Below, one piece after another: positions 46,790-56,784 of a stretch of DNA of 64,000 nucleotides (positions are counted from its first letter, which is position 1; each line of letters opens with the position of its first letter). The DNA lies in the NCBI GenBank assembly GCA_044222185.1, contig JBGANV010000001.1:960001-1024000 (forward strand). The letters are read 5' to 3'. The notes under the pieces are model-generated. The model did not search any database, had not been told where the DNA came from, and saw only the letters and a list, made by a program, of their open reading frames with translations. The stretch is from Planctomycetota bacterium. GTDB taxonomy: Bacteria > Planctomycetota > GCA-002687715 > CAIWVZ01. The position numbers and the translations under genes were made by a program.

Positions 46790-48364
46790 TCAGTTGGGCG
46801 GCCACGCCTTGGCGTGGTTGTTCTCGTCGACCGTCAGGTACTGCGTGCCTGGCTTCAACACCTGGAGGGTCTTCAGGAACTCGATGATGCCGTTCTTCTC
46901 GTCGTTCGAGAGGCCTTCGAAGGCCTGACGGCTCGCGAGAGCCTCACCCGAGTGCGCGAGGATGGCCTGGCGCATCGTCGTGAACTGTCCGTGGTGGAAG
47001 TACGGCGGCTCGTTGGCACACCCCCACAGCTTGCGCGTGAGGAAGCGCGTGTTGCCTGCGAAGAACCCCGTCGAACCAGCCGGCTTGTTCTGGTTGATGC
47101 GCTCGCGGTTCGGATCGTTGGGGCCGTCGCAGATGTCGTGGAGCTTCAAGTCCGTGAACGCCCGCACGAGCGTCACGTTGCCGCTCGACGTCTTGAGTCG
47201 CGGTCTGGGAAGACCCGCCGCGGTATTGAGGTTCACCGAGAACGGCGGCGCGTCACCGGGGCGGAGGTTGCCCGCCGGGTTGTAGGGGTTCGGTTCCACG
47301 AACGTCGGGCTGTTCAGGGCGAGGGCCGGTCGGTGGCACGTTGCGCAGCCGATCTGCTCGAATTTCGTCTCGCCGAGAAGCACGGCGGCCTCGACGATCG
47401 GATCGTTCGGGATGACGCGGCCTGGCGGCGCCATCACGGCCTGGAAGACGGACGCCGCGGTGACCTCCGCGCGCGTCATCTCGTTCGTGAAGCCGTCGCC
47501 ATCGGGGTCCGTGTTCACACCGAAACGCTCCGTCGGCTGGATCCCGTGGTGGTGGTTGAACGCGTTGTTCGTGAACTGCCGGATCGAGATGACGTTCCCG
47601 ACCTGGTGGAACGGGCGAATCACCAGGCTCGGCGGATCATTGGGACCCGTCGTCGCGAGGCTCGGGTCAGGCAAGCCCTCGACGCCCGCCGTGATCCAGT
47701 TGCCTGCCGCATCGCGGGCGATGTTGCCGAAGCCGACGCCCTTCGACGTGAGGGCGCGGGTCTGTCCGGCGAGCGTCGCGTTGCGGATCGCCTGGAGGTC
47801 GGCGGTCATCTCGCGCGCGAGCAGCTCGATGTAGCCGGAGCCGAACATGCCGAGCGTGGCGCGGAAGTTCCCGATCCCCTGAAGCGTCGTCGGCTGTCCG
47901 TTCTCGGCGACGGCGCCGCTCAACGGAATGAAGTCGTTCCCGTCGAAGGTCGCGTAGTCGAAGCGCTGAGCGAGGACGAACACGCCGGTCACGTAGTCAC
48001 CGCCGCCGCCCGAGAGACCGTAGGGCGCGTTGTGGCAGCCCGCACAGGAGTTCGCGTCCTGCGCCGACACGCGATTGAAGGCTCGGGGGAACACGAGCGG
48101 GTTCGCCGGGTTCGAGACGGGCGCGCCCGTTCCCTTGGTGAGCGGCCGCCCACCGCCTTCCTGGAGCGTCCAGTTCGCATCGAACAGGCGCTTTCCATGA
48201 CTGAGAAGAGTCGAGAGCGGAACGGTGTACTCGTCTCCGTCTTGGAGATGTGTCGGGACGGAGATCTCCTGTCCCAGCTGTTGACCGAACGCGACGGACG
48301 CCAGCGCGAACGTCAGCACGATTGCAGACGCTCCCCGCTTGGGGCTTGTGTGAAACGGCTTCAT
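46790..48364 (-). CDS. Secreted di-haem oxidoreductase (DHOR-like)
   Basis: Signal peptide, CAGCH and CATCH, FTDLKLHD, FLTRKLWG, PYFHHG. Confidence 0.82.
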   Translation of the reverse strand: MKPFHTSPKRGASAIVLTFALASVAFGQQLGQEISVPTHLQDGDEYTVPLSTLLSHGKRLFDANWTLQEGGGRPLTKGTGAPVSNPANPLVFPRAFNRVSAQDANSCAGCHNAPYGLSGGGGDYVTGVFVLAQRFDYATFDGNDFIPLSGAVAENGQPTTLQGIGNFRATLGMFGSGYIELLAREMTADLQAIRNATLAGQTRALTSKGVGFGNIARDAAGNWITAGVEGLPDPSLATTGPNDPPSLVIRPFHQVGNVISIRQFTNNAFNHHHGIQPTERFGVNTDPDGDGFTNEMTRAEVTAASVFQAVMAPPGRVIPNDPIVEAAVLLGETKFEQIGCATCHRPALALNSPTFVEPNPYNPAGNLRPGDAPPFSVNLNTAAGLPRPRLKTSSGNVTLVRAFTDLKLHDICDGPNDPNRERINQNKPAGSTGFFAGNTRFLTRKLWGCANEPPYFHHGQFTTMRQAILAHSGEALASRQAFEGLSNDEKNGIIEFLKTLQVLKPGTQYLTVDENNHAKAWPPN

Positions 48365-48516
48365 GGGTTTCTCTCCTGGCACGCGCGCTCCGACGCGACG
48401 TGTGAAGCCGACATCATCGGGGTCACGCACGGGTCGGTCAACACCGAACTATCGAGGTTTCGCCACAGATATCGCCCGAAGACACGCAGGTTCAGCGCCG
48501 GAGTCGAAAAATCCCA

Positions 48517-51270
48517 ATGGACGCGAACTCCAAGCAGACGATCCTCTCTTCCGGACAAGCGCGGCTCCACGCCTGGGTGCTCGTGCTCTCGGGGTTCATG
48601 CTGGCGAACGGAGCCTACTTGTTCGCGTCACCGCCGGAGGCGTCGATTCTGCCCTCCGCCTACCAGTGGCTGCTCGTTCTGCACGTCGTGGTGGGCGTAG
48701 TCCTGATCGTGCCGCTCGCGTGGTTCGTCATCTGGCATCTGCCGCGGGCGAGAGCCATGCGCAACGGCGCAGCGACCTCGTCCGGCCTTCTGGTCACGTT
48801 GGCGACGACTGCCCTCCTCGTCACGGGCTTCTTCATCTTCACTCGTGCCAACAGCGCGGGGAACCGCTGGGCATTCGTGACGCACCAGGTGCTATCGGTC
48901 GCCGCACCGTTGATCTATCTCGGCCACAGGATGCTCGGACGGAACCGGCCCACGGTCCGACAGCTCTCGGTGTGGTTTGCCACCGTCACGCTCGGCTTCG
49001 CCGGGATGGTCGTCGCGCACCAGGCGACGAAACCACCGCTCCCGCCCGACCCGCAAGCGTTCGTTCCGCGCCCGCCCGAAGGCGTGGACGTCTACAAGGA
49101 CGACTTCCCTACCTACGGCGTGTCGGGTGCCCCCGTCGACAGCGCCTTCTTCCCAGCGGCCACTCGGACGATCACGGGACGTCTCCTTCCCAATCGTCTC
49201 CTCACCAACGCGGACCTGCCCGATGAACGCCGCTTCAAGGACGAGATCCGGACCCGAGGATTCGCGGTCGACTCGAAGGTTGGGGCGGAAACCTGCGCTC
49301 GTTGTCACGCCGACATCGTCGAGCAATGGTCCCGCTCGGCGCATCGCTTCGCATCCTTCAACAACCCCTTCTATCGCGTCGCCGTCGAGTCGCTGCGCAA
49401 GGAGGACGACGGCCGGAAGCGGTCGCAGTGGTGCGCCGGCTGCCACGACCCGGCGATCATGATGGCCGGCAACATGACCGCCGACATCCACCCCGAGACG
49501 GCCGAGTCCCAGGCGGGCCTCACGTGTCTCGCCTGCCACGCGATGGACGAGGTCCACGGCGTCGGCGGAAACGGCAGCTATCGCATCGCCGACGCGACCC
49601 CCGAGCCCTACCTCTTCGCGGACGCTCGTTCCGGACCGCTCCTCGAGGTGCACGACCTGCTCATCCGCTCCAAGCCGGACGTCCACAAGCGCGACATGCT
49701 GAAGCCCGTGTTCCGCACCAGTGAATACTGCGGCACGTGTCACAAGGTGTCGCTCGACGTCCCCGTGAATCGCTATCGCTGGATCCGCGGGCAGAACGAA
49801 TACGACGCGCACCAGGACTCCGGCGTCACCCGGAACAACGCGCGGACGTTCTACCTCGCTCCCACCGCGAAACGTTGCCAGGACTGCCACATGCCCCTCG
49901 TGGACGCGCCACTCGGTGACCTCGCGGCAAAGAGTGGCAAGGTCCGCAGCCACCAGTTCCCAGGCCCGAACACGGCGCTGCCGAGCGTGCGTCACGACTC
50001 TCGGACGCTCGAGGAGATCGCCGCCTTCCGCAAGGACACGCTCCGCGTCGACATCTTCGCCGTGAAGTTCCTCGACCGCCCGGGCGAGCCCGTCGAACTC
50101 GCGCCCGATGCGGCGCCGCTTTCGATCCGCCCCGGCGAGACGATCGAGGTCCAGGTCGTGGTGCGGAACAAAGGTGCCGGCCATGGCTTCCCCGGTGGAA
50201 CGACGGACAGCAACCAGGCCTGGGTTCACTTCAAGGCCACGTTCCCCGACGGCACGACGCACGTGGAAAGCGGGAGCGTCGACGCGTCCACGCAGCGCAT
50301 CGACGAGACCTCCCATTTCTATCGAACGGTCTTCGTGGACGAGGATAGTCGCGAGATCCAAAAACGCGAACCGCATCGCTTCCGCGCGGTCGTCCACCAG
50401 AAACTCATCGGGCCCGGCACCGCGGACGTCGTGCGTTACCGAGTCACCGCGCCCGCCGCTCCGACGAACCTGAAGTTCGAGGCGAGCGTACGGTGGCGAA
50501 AGTTCTCCCCCGATTACGCGGCCTACGCGTGGAACTCGCTGTTCCCCGGACGGGATGTACCCGTGCTCCCCATCGATGACCTCGCTCGGGCCGCGTGCGA
50601 GGTCCGGGTCGCGGCCGGCGAGACGGCGCGGCCATCACCGGACGAAGCCCTCACGCGCGAGTGGGTCCGGATCAACGATTGGGGCATCGGACTCCTGCTG
50701 CAGGGCGACACGATCGGCGCATCGGCTGCGTTCCGTCGGGTCGCGGAACTGCGGAAGGAACTTCCCGACGGCCCGCGGAACCTCGCGCGCGCGGCCTTGC
50801 AGGAAGGCAACGTCCAGGCGGCACTCGCATCGTTGGAGGAGGCCGAGCGCCGCGCGCCAGGGAACGCGCAGACCGCCTACTTCTTCGGCGTCGGCCGTGA
50901 GAAGGCCGGCCAGCTCGACGAAGCCATCGCTGCATTCGAGCGCGCGCGGCAGGACTTCCCGGGTGATCGGACGATCCACTCCGAACTAGGACAGATCCGA
51001 TTCCGCCTCGGCCGCTATGACGACGCTCTGCGCGACATCCTGCGCGTGCTCGCGATCGACCCGGAGGACCGAGCTGCGCACTACTCACGCATGCAGATCT
51101 ATCAGGCCATGGGCGACAAAGACGCGGCTGGGCACGCGGAGCGCGCCTACCTCAAGTATCAAATCGACGAGAGCGCCCAGAAGTGGACACGCACCTACCG
51201 CGAAGCCAACGAGGCCGTGAATCTCGAGAGCCAGCTGGTCCACGGGCACTCGCTGCGGAGCCTCCGATGA
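48517..51270 (+). CDS. Membrane-anchored pentahaem cytochrome c with C-terminal TPRs
   Basis: About 5 N-terminal TMs; CARCH, CAGCH, CLACH, CGTCH, CQDCH; TPR-like repeats. Confidence 0.85.
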   Translation: MDANSKQTILSSGQARLHAWVLVLSGFMLANGAYLFASPPEASILPSAYQWLLVLHVVVGVVLIVPLAWFVIWHLPRARAMRNGAATSSGLLVTLATTALLVTGFFIFTRANSAGNRWAFVTHQVLSVAAPLIYLGHRMLGRNRPTVRQLSVWFATVTLGFAGMVVAHQATKPPLPPDPQAFVPRPPEGVDVYKDDFPTYGVSGAPVDSAFFPAATRTITGRLLPNRLLTNADLPDERRFKDEIRTRGFAVDSKVGAETCARCHADIVEQWSRSAHRFASFNNPFYRVAVESLRKEDDGRKRSQWCAGCHDPAIMMAGNMTADIHPETAESQAGLTCLACHAMDEVHGVGGNGSYRIADATPEPYLFADARSGPLLEVHDLLIRSKPDVHKRDMLKPVFRTSEYCGTCHKVSLDVPVNRYRWIRGQNEYDAHQDSGVTRNNARTFYLAPTAKRCQDCHMPLVDAPLGDLAAKSGKVRSHQFPGPNTALPSVRHDSRTLEEIAAFRKDTLRVDIFAVKFLDRPGEPVELAPDAAPLSIRPGETIEVQVVVRNKGAGHGFPGGTTDSNQAWVHFKATFPDGTTHVESGSVDASTQRIDETSHFYRTVFVDEDSREIQKREPHRFRAVVHQKLIGPGTADVVRYRVTAPAAPTNLKFEASVRWRKFSPDYAAYAWNSLFPGRDVPVLPIDDLARAACEVRVAAGETARPSPDEALTREWVRINDWGIGLLLQGDTIGASAAFRRVAELRKELPDGPRNLARAALQEGNVQAALASLEEAERRAPGNAQTAYFFGVGREKAGQLDEAIAAFERARQDFPGDRTIHSELGQIRFRLGRYDDALRDILRVLAIDPEDRAAHYSRMQIYQAMGDKDAAGHAERAYLKYQIDESAQKWTRTYREANEAVNLESQLVHGHSLRSLR

Positions 51271-53048
51271 ACGGAACCCATCGCGCGCAACTCCTGCTCG
51301 TCGTGACCGTGTGCCTTTGGCTCTCCGCATGCGGTGACTCCTCTCCTCCGACCCACGCTCCGGCGACGACGGGAGGCTACGCCACGACGCGCGCGACGGT
51401 CCCCGACGACCCGCCGCCCGACTTGAAGTACGTGGACGTCACGAAGGCAGCCGGCATCGACTTCCATCACACGAACGGTGCGCGTGGCAAGAAGCTGCTT
51501 CCCGAAACCATGGGCTCGGGGTGCGTCTTCTTCGACTACGACGGTGACGCGCGCATGGACCTCCTGCTGCTGAACGGCGACCGCTGGCCGGACGACCCGG
51601 ACCAGGGACCGCGCCCGTCGAGCCGGCTTTATCGCAACGACGGCGGGCTGCACTTCACCGACGTCACGGGGGCCACGGGCCTCGCCGTCCCGTTCTACGC
51701 CATGGGCGCCACGGCGGCCGACGCCGACGGCGACGGGGATCCCGACCTCTTCATCTGCGGGGTCGGCGGTTATCGATACTTCCGCAACGACGGCGGACGA
51801 TTCACCGACATCACGGCCGATTCCGGCCTGGATGCAGGGACCTGGAAGGACGCAAAGGGGCACGAGCACGGCGCCTTCGCCACGTCGGCGGCATTCTTCG
51901 ACTACGACGGCGATCGACGGCCCGACCTGTTCGTCTGTCACTACGTCCGTTGGTCCGCCGAGACCGACATCTGGTCGAGCATGGATGGAAAGACGAAGTC
52001 CTACGCCCTTCCGGCGCAGTACTCGGGCGAATCGTGCCGCCTTTGGCGCAACCTCGGAGCCGGGAAGTTCGAAGACGCGACGGACAAGGCCGGCGTTCGC
52101 AACGACGAAGGCAAGAGCCTCGGTGTCTGCATCGTGGACATCGACGACGACGGCTGGATGGACGTCGTCGTCTCGAACGACACGCAGCCAAACTACCTCT
52201 ATCGCAACGACGGCCACGGCCGGTTCACGGACATCGGGCTGCGTGCCAACATCGCCTACGGCCCCGATGCGCGGGCCCGAGCGGGCATGGGAATCGACAG
52301 CACGTGCGTCGGCGATGACGGCCGGCTCGCGCTCGCCATCGGGAACTTCTCCGGTGAGCCCGTCTCCGTCTTCGAACAGCTCCCTGGGGAGTCCGACGTG
52401 TTCATCAACAAGTCGGATCAGTACCGGGTCGCGGTCGTCACTCACCAGCCGCTCACCTTCGGCCTGGTCTTTCTCGACGCAGATCTGGACGGCCGCGACG
52501 ACCTGATGCTCGCCAACGGTCACATCGAGCCCACGATCCAGCAGATCCACCAGGAATTCACGTACGCGCAGTCGATGCAGCTCTTGCGGAACGTCGGCGG
52601 GCGCTGGTTCCAGGAGATCACGAAGGACGTAGGCGCGGATTTCTGCGTGCCCCGCGTGGGGCGCGGGCTCGCCGTCGCCGACCTGGACGGCGATGGGGAC
52701 CTGGACGTCTGCGTCACCTCGAACGGCGGCGACGTCGCCTTGCTGCGATGCGACATGCCGGCCGATCACGGTTTTCGCGTGAAGCTGCGCGGTGCGACGC
52801 CAGCGACCGATGCCCTGGGGGCCAGAGTGACGGTCGACCTCGGATCGCGCAGGATCTCGCGTCTCGTGCGCTGCGGCGGCAGTTACCTGTCGCAGAGCGA
52901 ACTCGCGCAGACGTTCGGCCTGGGCAAGGATGGCACGCCGAGGCGGGTGCTCGTGCGTTGGCCGGGCGGCAAGGAAGTCGAGTACCCTGGGCCGTTCCAG
53001 CGCGGCCGGACGATCACGATCGACGAGGCGGCGGGCGTCGCGCGCTGA
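51267..53048 (+). CDS. CRTAC1/ASPIC-UnbV family FG-GAP repeat lipoprotein
   Basis: Lipobox LSAC, repeated DxDGDG motifs, GGSYLSQS...FGLG; ATGA overlap. Confidence 0.9.
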   Translation: MNGTHRAQLLLVVTVCLWLSACGDSSPPTHAPATTGGYATTRATVPDDPPPDLKYVDVTKAAGIDFHHTNGARGKKLLPETMGSGCVFFDYDGDARMDLLLLNGDRWPDDPDQGPRPSSRLYRNDGGLHFTDVTGATGLAVPFYAMGATAADADGDGDPDLFICGVGGYRYFRNDGGRFTDITADSGLDAGTWKDAKGHEHGAFATSAAFFDYDGDRRPDLFVCHYVRWSAETDIWSSMDGKTKSYALPAQYSGESCRLWRNLGAGKFEDATDKAGVRNDEGKSLGVCIVDIDDDGWMDVVVSNDTQPNYLYRNDGHGRFTDIGLRANIAYGPDARARAGMGIDSTCVGDDGRLALAIGNFSGEPVSVFEQLPGESDVFINKSDQYRVAVVTHQPLTFGLVFLDADLDGRDDLMLANGHIEPTIQQIHQEFTYAQSMQLLRNVGGRWFQEITKDVGADFCVPRVGRGLAVADLDGDGDLDVCVTSNGGDVALLRCDMPADHGFRVKLRGATPATDALGARVTVDLGSRRISRLVRCGGSYLSQSELAQTFGLGKDGTPRRVLVRWPGGKEVEYPGPFQRGRTITIDEAAGVAR

Positions 53049-53054
53049 CGCCCG

Positions 53055-54323
53055 TCACTCGTGCCTGAGCGCCTCGATCGGATCGAGGAACGATGCGCGG
53101 ATCGCCGGATAGATCCCGAAGAGGACTCCGACGCCCGCCGAGATGCCGAACGACAGGACGAGGCTCGCCGGCTGGACGAGAGTTCGCATGTCGCTGTAGG
53201 CCGTGACCACCTTGGGGACCAGGAGCCCCAGTCCGACGCCCAGCGCTCCGCCGAGTGTCGAGAGCACGAGCGATTCGGCGAGGAACTGAAGGGTGATGTC
53301 GCGGCGGCGCGCACCGAGTGCGCGACGGATGCCGATCTCGCGGGTCCGCTCGGTCACGGTCGCGAGCATGATGTTCATGATCCCGATGCCACCGACCACC
53401 AGGCTGATGCCCGCGATGGACCCGAGCACGATGCTGAAGATCCGGCTGGTCTTGCGCGCCTGAACGAGAAGCTCGAGCGGGGCGCGAATGTCGTAGTCGT
53501 CCTTCTTGTGGGTCCGGCGGAGCATGGCGCGGATGGCTTCGGTCGTCGGAAGCACGTCTTCAGGGCGTCGCACACGCACGATGAACTCGTGGACTTCGAC
53601 CTCCTCGATCTCCGTCGACCCGGACGAACGCTTCACGTTTCGCTCGCCCCACCGTTCCCGAACCGTCGTGAGCGGAATGAAGATCGCGTCGTCGGCGACC
53701 CGGGCATTCGCGCCTCCGAGCTTGGAGACGTCGGGGCCCTGGCCGAGCACGCCGACGACTTGGAACAGCTTCTGGCCGATGCGCACCGTCTGTCCGATGG
53801 GATCGCGGAATTCGAAGAGCTTCCGCGCGAGCGCCTGCCCCAGCACGCCGAGCGGCTGCTGGTTGATCATGTCCACCTCGGTGAGCCACCGCCCACGCGC
53901 GAGGGTCTGACGACTCGCGTCCAGATACCAGGGAACTGTCGCGAGCGCGTACGTGTCCGACCGCTTCTCCCCGAAGTAGACGGCCTGGGCGACTTCCCGG
54001 ACGGGGACGATCACGTCCACGTTCTCGAGCGTCTCGCGGATGCGCTTCGCGTCGTCGTAGCGCAGGCCGTAGATCACCATGCGCGAGCGCGTCGAGCCCG
54101 CACCCTGTTCTTCCGGCGGTTTGCGGCTGAAGAGACGGATCGTGGTGCTCCCCAGCGCCTGGATCTGGGTCTGGGCCTCGCTCGCGGCGCCTTCGCCGAT
54201 CGCAAGCATGGCGATGACGGACGCCACGCCGAGCACGATCCCGAGCATGGCGAGCCCCGAGCGCAGAGGGTGGAGGAGGAGGCTCAACAGGCCCAGCCGG
54301 ACGATGCGGAAGAACTTCGTCAC
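53055..54323 (-). CDS. MacB-like ABC permease
   Basis: GGIGIMNIMLATVTERTREIGIRRALGA, DPIEALRHE. Confidence 0.93.
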   Translation of the reverse strand: MTKFFRIVRLGLLSLLLHPLRSGLAMLGIVLGVASVIAMLAIGEGAASEAQTQIQALGSTTIRLFSRKPPEEQGAGSTRSRMVIYGLRYDDAKRIRETLENVDVIVPVREVAQAVYFGEKRSDTYALATVPWYLDASRQTLARGRWLTEVDMINQQPLGVLGQALARKLFEFRDPIGQTVRIGQKLFQVVGVLGQGPDVSKLGGANARVADDAIFIPLTTVRERWGERNVKRSSGSTEIEEVEVHEFIVRVRRPEDVLPTTEAIRAMLRRTHKKDDYDIRAPLELLVQARKTSRIFSIVLGSIAGISLVVGGIGIMNIMLATVTERTREIGIRRALGARRRDITLQFLAESLVLSTLGGALGVGLGLLVPKVVTAYSDMRTLVQPASLVLSFGISAGVGVLFGIYPAIRASFLDPIEALRHE

Positions 54324-55015
54324 GCGGCGACCTCCTTGTCCGCGATCACGCGGCCGTCGCGGACCAGGATGGTGCGGCGCGCGTTCGCGGCGATGTCGTC
54401 CTCGTGAGTCACCATGATGATCGTCTTGCCCGAGGCGTTGAGGTCCTTGAGCATCCCCATGATCTCGTTTCCGGTGACCGAGTCGAGGTTACCCGTCGGC
54501 TCGTCCGCGAGGATGATGTAGGGGTCGTTGGCAAGCGAGCGGGCGATCGCCACGCGCTGCTGCTGTCCGCCTGACAGCTGTGTCGGGCGGTGGGTCATGC
54601 GATGTCCGAGTCCCACCTTCTCGGCGAGTGCGCGGCTGCGCTGCCGCGCGAGTCGGGGCGCGGTGCCCGCGTAGAACATGGGGACCTCGATGTTCTCGAG
54701 CACGGAGAGTGACGGGACCAGGTTGAACGACTGGAAGATGAACCCGATCCGCTGATTCCGGATCCGGGAGATTTCCGAGTCGGACATCTTCGAGACGTCG
54801 ATGTCGCCCAGGAAGTAGGCGCCGCTCGAGGGACGGTCGAGGCAACCCAGGAGGTTCAGGAGCGTCGACTTGCCAGAACCCGACGGCCCCATGATCGCGA
54901 CGAACTCGCCTTCGCGGATCAAGAGGTCGACGCCGGCGAGCGCATGGACGACCTCATCGCCCATGCGGTACTCCTTGCGAACGCCGACGAGGTTGACGAC
55001 CGGACGTGCGGACAT
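54320..55015 (-). CDS. MacB/LolD-type ABC ATP-binding protein
   Basis: GPSGSGKST, LSGGQQQR, ADEPTGNLD. Confidence 0.95.
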   Translation of the reverse strand: MSARPVVNLVGVRKEYRMGDEVVHALAGVDLLIREGEFVAIMGPSGSGKSTLLNLLGCLDRPSSGAYFLGDIDVSKMSDSEISRIRNQRIGFIFQSFNLVPSLSVLENIEVPMFYAGTAPRLARQRSRALAEKVGLGHRMTHRPTQLSGGQQQRVAIARSLANDPYIILADEPTGNLDSVTGNEIMGMLKDLNASGKTIIMVTHEDDIAANARRTILVRDGRVIADKEVAA

Positions 55016-56784
55016 CAGGGGTCCTTGGGCTTGCGCGGTTCGCCAGGTGTGACGGGCACCGACGAATCCGTGGTGCCGGGCGGGCCCGACGGCGGTCCGC
55101 CGCGGTTGGCGCCCGGCGCGCCGCCCGAGCCACGTCCCCCACCCATGCCCTGGCCCCGCCGACGGCCGCCGCCCGGAGCCCCGGGACCGTTCGACGGGTT
55201 CCCGCCACCGTTCGGGCCCGGGCCTGGTCCCGCGCCGTTCCCGGACATGTCCGCGGGCGGGCTCATGCCGGCGGCTTCTGCGGGGGGCTGCTGCGTCGGA
55301 AACGCGGCAGTGTCGGCCTGCGGCAGCTCTGGCGCGCCCGCGGGGGCCGCGAGGAAGACTCGCTCGTTCTCCTTCAGCCCGGAGCTCACGATCACCATGC
55401 GGTCGTTGTTGAATCCGACGTCGATCGGCACCAGATCCGCCTTCGGTCCGCGGTCGACGTACACGTACGCCTTGCCGCCGCTTTGTTGGACTGCCTGCAT
55501 GGGAATCTGCAAGGCGTCGACGATCTCCGCGACGAGGATGTCGACCTGGGCGTTCATGCCCGGCTTCATGTCCTCGACCTCCTCGTTGATGCTGACCTCG
55601 GCCGGGTAGACCTTCAGGTCAGGGTTCATCCACGAGTTCGAGGTCGACGGCACCGACGAGACCGACTCGACGCGCCCCGTGAACACGCGGCCCGGAATCG
55701 CATCGAGCTTGATGCTGGCGTTCTGTCCGGGCTTCACCTTCTTCACGAGGGATTCGTGGACGTCGACCTGGACGATCATCCGTTTCGCGTCGGGGATCTG
55801 CATGATCTCCTCACGCTCGTGAAGCTGCTTGCCCTCCGAGATCGGCTCGCTCGTCATCATGCGACCTCGGTCCTGGCGCGCGTAAACCACGAGCCCGGAC
55901 GTGGGCGCCTCGATGACGCTCTTCTCGAGCTGCGACTTGATCCGGTTCAAGCGTTCCGTCGCGAGCGCCAGCGTCTTCTCCTTCACGTGGACGTCCGATT
56001 CGGTCTTGGCAGCCTCCGCGTCACAACGGCGCTTGACGCGTGAGAGCTCCTTCGCAGCCTCGTCCCGTTCCGCTTCGAGCTTCTTCGACTGCTTGGGGTA
56101 CTCGAAGTCCTCGAGCACCTTCAGCGCGTTCTTCGCGAGTTCGACTTCGATCTGCCCTTTCTTCGCCGCCAGTTCGTCCGCTTCCAGCTCCGTGCGCGTG
56201 ATGAACTTCTTGTCCTCGAGGCGGCGGCTCCAGGTCACGCGGTCTGCCGCGCGCTTCAGCTCCTCCTCCGCGATCGTGAGCTCCGCTTCGAGCTTCTTCT
56301 TCTCCTGCGGATAGTCGCCGTTGATGTACTTCTCGTAGTCGACCTTGGCGAAGTCCATCTTCAGCTCGGCTTCGCGGATGTCGGATTCGTTCTGCGAGAG
56401 CTGGATCGCGTGCTTCTCGCGCGCTTGTCGGAGGCTCGCGTCCTCGTTCTCGACGCTCGTCTGTTCCTTGTTGATCTGGTCGCGCACGTCGGCCGAGTCG
56501 AGCTTGCAGACGACCTGGCCCTTCTCGACGACGGAACCCTCCTTCACGAGCCAGAGGATCGTCGCCTTTCCCTCCATCTCGTTCACCACGCGCACGGGCT
56601 TGGCCGAGGCGAGCGACCCGCCCTCAGCAACCGAGATGCGCATGGGACCGCGCGTCACGGCAGCCGTCGCCGGTTTCGTGGATTCCTCGGAGACGGACTT
56701 CCCGCAACCGCCGATGGTCAGGGCAACGAGAGCTGCGAGGGCCAGCATCTCAAGGCGCTTGAAGGAGCGCATCGCTCGTTTCAT
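55015..56784 (-). CDS. Periplasmic adaptor (MacA/HlyD family) with long coiled coil and Gly/Pro-rich tail
   Basis: Lipobox-like IGGC, lipoyl-like halves (EGSVVEKG, APTSG), KPGMNA. Confidence 0.88.
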   Translation of the reverse strand: MKRAMRSFKRLEMLALAALVALTIGGCGKSVSEESTKPATAAVTRGPMRISVAEGGSLASAKPVRVVNEMEGKATILWLVKEGSVVEKGQVVCKLDSADVRDQINKEQTSVENEDASLRQAREKHAIQLSQNESDIREAELKMDFAKVDYEKYINGDYPQEKKKLEAELTIAEEELKRAADRVTWSRRLEDKKFITRTELEADELAAKKGQIEVELAKNALKVLEDFEYPKQSKKLEAERDEAAKELSRVKRRCDAEAAKTESDVHVKEKTLALATERLNRIKSQLEKSVIEAPTSGLVVYARQDRGRMMTSEPISEGKQLHEREEIMQIPDAKRMIVQVDVHESLVKKVKPGQNASIKLDAIPGRVFTGRVESVSSVPSTSNSWMNPDLKVYPAEVSINEEVEDMKPGMNAQVDILVAEIVDALQIPMQAVQQSGGKAYVYVDRGPKADLVPIDVGFNNDRMVIVSSGLKENERVFLAAPAGAPELPQADTAAFPTQQPPAEAAGMSPPADMSGNGAGPGPGPNGGGNPSNGPGAPGGGRRRGQGMGGGRGSGGAPGANRGGPPSGPPGTTDSSVPVTPGEPRKPKDP

